The position numbers and the translations under genes are program-made. Positions 60,803 through 64,000 of a stretch of 64,000 nucleotides of DNA are shown here, in pieces (the stretch's first letter is position 1; each line of letters opens with the position of its first letter). The notes beneath the pieces were generated by a model. That model did no database searches. It had not been told where the DNA came from and saw only the letters and a list, made by a program, of their open reading frames with translations. Source of the stretch: Lachnospiraceae bacterium (GTDB lineage: Bacteria; Bacillota; Clostridia; Lachnospirales; Lachnospiraceae); the NCBI GenBank assembly GCA_024684085.1, contig JAIKXM010000038.1:8895-72894 (forward strand), in the 5' to 3' direction.

Positions 60803-61450
60803 ATGTTAAAAGAGTTATTGAAGTCATATAGGATAGTACAATACGGCCTTAAGGTCAGAACACAGGTTTTATTTGGAGCTTTCTTCGGGATCTTTGGTAT
60901 AGCCATGGAGGTTGTTACCAGGGGGAAGAATATCATCGGAAGTTTTTATATCATACTGGCAGGGATGTTCATATATCAGTTGATAATATCTTCGGATATG
61001 TCCACGCTTGTGCAGTCTTCTCCACATAAGAAGAAGATACAGTGTGTATATCCCCTGATCTCGATCATACCCTGGATATATGTATGTATTACGATCCTTG
61101 CGGTGATCAACGGTTACTTTGCCGGGACGAGCAGCGAAGCTTATATTGATATATGCCGGATGACGGCTCAGCTTAGTATAATCCTCTTCCTGTCGATAAT
61201 ATATTTTCCGTTATCATATAAATATTTTGTTGTAGCCACCGTCGCATTATTTGTGACGGTGTGGCCGGCCATGCTCATAGTTGCAACAGATAATTTTATA
61301 TCTGCCAAGTTCACCGATTACGGAGTGTGCGTGGTCATACTCTATCTGTCGGCTACGATTGGACTGATTATTTCGTTCTTCGTAAGCCGCCTTGTGTATA
61401 AGAAGGATCTGTCCAAAATAGCGTTCATGGGACTTATAAAGAGGAAATAG
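60803..61450 (+). CDS. six-TM membrane protein, probable ABC-2 type permease
   Basis: hydrophobic profile, C-terminal YKKDL; operon context. Confidence 0.65.
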   Translation: MLKELLKSYRIVQYGLKVRTQVLFGAFFGIFGIAMEVVTRGKNIIGSFYIILAGMFIYQLIISSDMSTLVQSSPHKKKIQCVYPLISIIPWIYVCITILAVINGYFAGTSSEAYIDICRMTAQLSIILFLSIIYFPLSYKYFVVATVALFVTVWPAMLIVATDNFISAKFTDYGVCVVILYLSATIGLIISFFVSRLVYKKDLSKIAFMGLIKRK

Positions 61451-61494
61451 AATGTATATATGGCCGTCACATCGTTAATCCGGTGTGACGGCTT

Positions 61495-61678
61495 TTACTG
61501 TTCACACGCGTATTTTTGTAAGTGGCTACAGGAAATATATTCACAAGAAACGCCTATGTAAGCGTCGGTACTTAGCGAGGCAAAGCCGAGCTTAGTATCC
61601 GCTACGCTTACATCGGAGCGAGAGCGCCGTTTCGGTGAATATATTTCCTGTAGCGAACAGACACCTGTGAACAATAAC
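61495..61678. mobile_element. 184-bp MITE-like element (family B, long form containing module X)
   Basis: ends TTACTGTTCAC / GTGAACAATAAC; flanked by the direct repeat GACGGCTT; arms homologous to 35284-35364 in reverse orientation. Confidence 0.8.
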
Positions 61679-61865
61679 GACGGCTTTTGCACCGTTGACA
61701 ATGGTGGCGGTGTCGGTTGAATCGCGGCCTGTTTTACGATATAATTAACAGTGCATTGATAGGGCTGATCCTGCGGATGGTGCGTGTCCTATAAAGGGGT
61801 GGGACGCATGCCGATCGGTCCGGCAGGTAAAGGGTAAAAGGCAAAGAGACTTAGGAGGGCGTCGT

Positions 61866-62939
61866 ATGAAGAGAATAGGAATGTTGACCAGTGGCGGTGA
61901 TTGCCAGGCATTGAATGCTGCGATGAGAGGTGTAGTTAAGTCTATCATCAACAGCGGACAGGAAGTGGAGATATACGGTTTCCTTAACGGTTACAGGGGA
62001 CTTATCTACAGTGATTTCAAGATGCTGACCGGTAAGGATTTCTCGGGTATCCTGACTGTGGGAGGCACTATACTCGGTAGCAGCAGAACGCCTTTCAAGA
62101 CTATTAAGGATCCGGATGAGAACGGCCTGGATAAGGTTGAAGCCATGAAGCAGAATTATTATAAGCTCAAGCTGGATGTGCTTGTCATCCTGGGTGGCAA
62201 CGGAACGCATAAGACTGCTAATCTTCTGAGGGAAGAAGGGCTTAACGTGATCACGCTTCCCAAGACTATAGATAATGATCTCTTCGGCACGGATATGACT
62301 TTCGGTTTCCAAAGTGCTGTGGATATTGCCACAACAGCCATTGACTGCATACATACTACCGCAGCTTCACACGGAAGGATCTTCATTGTGGAAGTTATGG
62401 GACATAAGGTAGGGTATCTTACTCTTAACGCAGGTATGGCGGGCGGAGCTGATATTATTCTTATACCGGAGATCCCTTATGATATAGATAAAGTCATAGA
62501 GGCTGTCAAGCACAGAGAGAGTAACGGCAGCAGGTTCACCATTCTTGCAGTGGCTGAAGGCGCGATCAGCAAGAAGGATGCGAAGCTGAGTAAGAAGGAA
62601 TATAAGGAGAAGATGGCCAATTACAAGTATCCTTCCGTTTCTTATGAGATAGCAGATCTTATCTGGAAGGCTACGGGTCAGGAAGTAAGGGTTACGGTTC
62701 CCGGTCATACGCAGCGAGGCGGAAGTCCCTGCCCTTACGACAGAGTCTTCGCCAGCAGGCTCGGCGCCGAGGCCGGCAAGCTTATCCTTGAGGATGAGTA
62801 CGGATTCATGGTAGGATACCGTAACAGAGAGATCGTTAAGGTTCCGCTTGAGGATGTTGCGGGCAAGCTTAAGATGCTCGATCCCGATTCGGCGATCATT
62901 AAGGAAGCCAAGATGCTCGGCATAAGCTTCGGTGATTAA
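61866..62939 (+). CDS. pfkA: 6-phosphofructokinase (group III/mixed-substrate type)
   Basis: LTSGGDC, GGTILGSSR, GGNGT, PKTIDND, EVMGH, GHTQRGG. Confidence 0.9.
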   Translation: MKRIGMLTSGGDCQALNAAMRGVVKSIINSGQEVEIYGFLNGYRGLIYSDFKMLTGKDFSGILTVGGTILGSSRTPFKTIKDPDENGLDKVEAMKQNYYKLKLDVLVILGGNGTHKTANLLREEGLNVITLPKTIDNDLFGTDMTFGFQSAVDIATTAIDCIHTTAASHGRIFIVEVMGHKVGYLTLNAGMAGGADIILIPEIPYDIDKVIEAVKHRESNGSRFTILAVAEGAISKKDAKLSKKEYKEKMANYKYPSVSYEIADLIWKATGQEVRVTVPGHTQRGGSPCPYDRVFASRLGAEAGKLILEDEYGFMVGYRNREIVKVPLEDVAGKLKMLDPDSAIIKEAKMLGISFGD

Positions 62940-62952
62940 AGAGAAATATATG

Positions 62953-63040
62953 GTAACTGTTCAGAACCCATCGGGTTCTTCCGGTTACGCGAGCCCGCAA
63001 TAAAGATTTGTTTCGCAAAAGGGCGGGCTCGTATGGTTTA
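62953..63040. repeat. double-hairpin repeat family C, copy 2
   Basis: GTAACTGTTCAGAACCCATCGGGTTCTTCCGGTTAC-GCGAGCCCGC...GCGGGCTCGT. Confidence 0.85.
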
Positions 63041-63101
63041 TTTAGTTATCATATGACCGGAGTGTCCGGTCAGTTAAGATTGACAAAAGAGAGATAGTTA
63101 A

Positions 63102-64000
63102 ATGTCGTATGTAGCTTTGTATCGAAAGTTCCGACCTTCCGATTTCGGAGATGTAAAAGGTCAGGATCATATCGTTACGACTTTGAAGAACCAAATAGAA
63201 GCCGACAGGATCGGGCACGCATACCTGTTCTGCGGTACCAGAGGAACGGGTAAGACCTCAGTTGCCAAGATTTTTGCGAAAGCGGTGAACTGTCTTGCTC
63301 CGGTCGATAACAGTCCGTGCTGTGAGTGCGATAACTGTCGTGCGATTGCTGCGGGCGCGAGTATGAGCGTGGCTGAGATCGATGCGGCATCCAATACGAG
63401 CGTTGAGAGCGTAAGGCAGATCATTGAGGAAGTGTCTTTTCCTCCGGTTGATGGCTGCAAATACAAAGTCTACATTATCGACGAGGTTCATATGTTGTCG
63501 GTAAGCGCATTCAATGCCTTACTTAAGACGCTGGAGGAACCGCCTTCATATTGTATATTTATCCTTGCAACGACGGACCCGCAGAAGGTACCCGTTACAA
63601 TACTGTCAAGGTGTCAGAGGTATGATTTCAAGAGATTGTCGGTGGATATCATCGCTGACAGACTTGAGGAGCTGACCTCGCTTGAGAATATCAATGTTGA
63701 GCCGAGAGCTCTCAGATATATAGCCCGTCTGGCTGACGGAGCCATGCGAGATGCCCTTAGTATGCTGGATCAGTGTATCGCTTTTAATTTCAAAGATGTG
63801 CTGACTTATGATAATGTCCTCAATGTGCTTGGTGCCGTGGATATGCAGGTCTTCGGAAGTCTGTATGAAGCGGTGGAGAAGCGAGATGTGCTCGGATGTA
63901 TGAGGGTACTGGATGAGGTCATCATACAGGGAAGAGATCTCGGGCAGTTCGTGACGGACTATACATGGTATCTGCGTAATCTGCTGATACTTTTGACGGC
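63102..64000 (+). CDS. dnaX: DNA polymerase III subunit gamma/tau, 3'-truncated by window edge (absent from ORF track)
   Basis: translated by hand: MSYVALYRKFRP..VKGQDH, GTRGTGKT, C4 zinc motif, EIDAAS, IIDEVHML, LLKTLEEPP, SRC. Confidence 0.95.
   Translation, partial: MSYVALYRKFRPSDFGDVKGQDHIVTTLKNQIEADRIGHAYLFCGTRGTGKTSVAKIFAKAVNCLAPVDNSPCCECDNCRAIAAGASMSVAEIDAASNTSVESVRQIIEEVSFPPVDGCKYKVYIIDEVHMLSVSAFNALLKTLEEPPSYCIFILATTDPQKVPVTILSRCQRYDFKRLSVDIIADRLEELTSLENINVEPRALRYIARLADGAMRDALSMLDQCIAFNFKDVLTYDNVLNVLGAVDMQVFGSLYEAVEKRDVLGCMRVLDEVIIQGRDLGQFVTDYTWYLRNLLILLT

Noticed and set aside
1-64000. Defence systems, prophage, integrase, transposase, reverse transcriptase, tRNA/rRNA
   Set aside because: No supporting motifs seen in any ORF or intergenic region

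Overview
A 64-kb, mostly housekeeping segment, almost all on the + strand, from a flagellated Clostridia-class Firmicute. Gene order and style suggest Lachnospiraceae (inference). In order it carries: yaaT(partial)-tRNA methyltransferase-rsmI; a polar amino-acid ABC transporter; split transketolase-rpe-metG; a DUF624/diguanylate cyclase pair; msmX; two PucR/CdaR regulators; a LacI-controlled sugar ABC + GH30 locus; tadA-SRP RNA; ftsEX-M23-S41-uvrBA; mbl-flgF/G-flgJ-recD2-comFC; cdaA-cdaR-glmM-HPr; leuA; a surface protein; a GntR/ABC/CAAX-protease module; pfkA; and dnaX (partial, absent from the ORF track). I saw no CRISPR, prophage, transposase, rRNA or tRNA. The unusual signals are mostly intergenic. 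(1) A candidate ~135-nt sRNA (28763-28897) whose unpaired parts form the antisense of an SD+AUG initiation region, with a near-perfect candidate target at the sugar-permease start. (2) Modular hairpin elements, two with 8-bp target-site duplications, and a shared core showing four compensatory base-pair changes. (3) A 5' remnant resembling a class IIC group II intron directly after a terminator. (4) A second candidate sRNA. (5) A circularly permuted solute-binding protein. All calls are by eye; no searches or folding programs were run.
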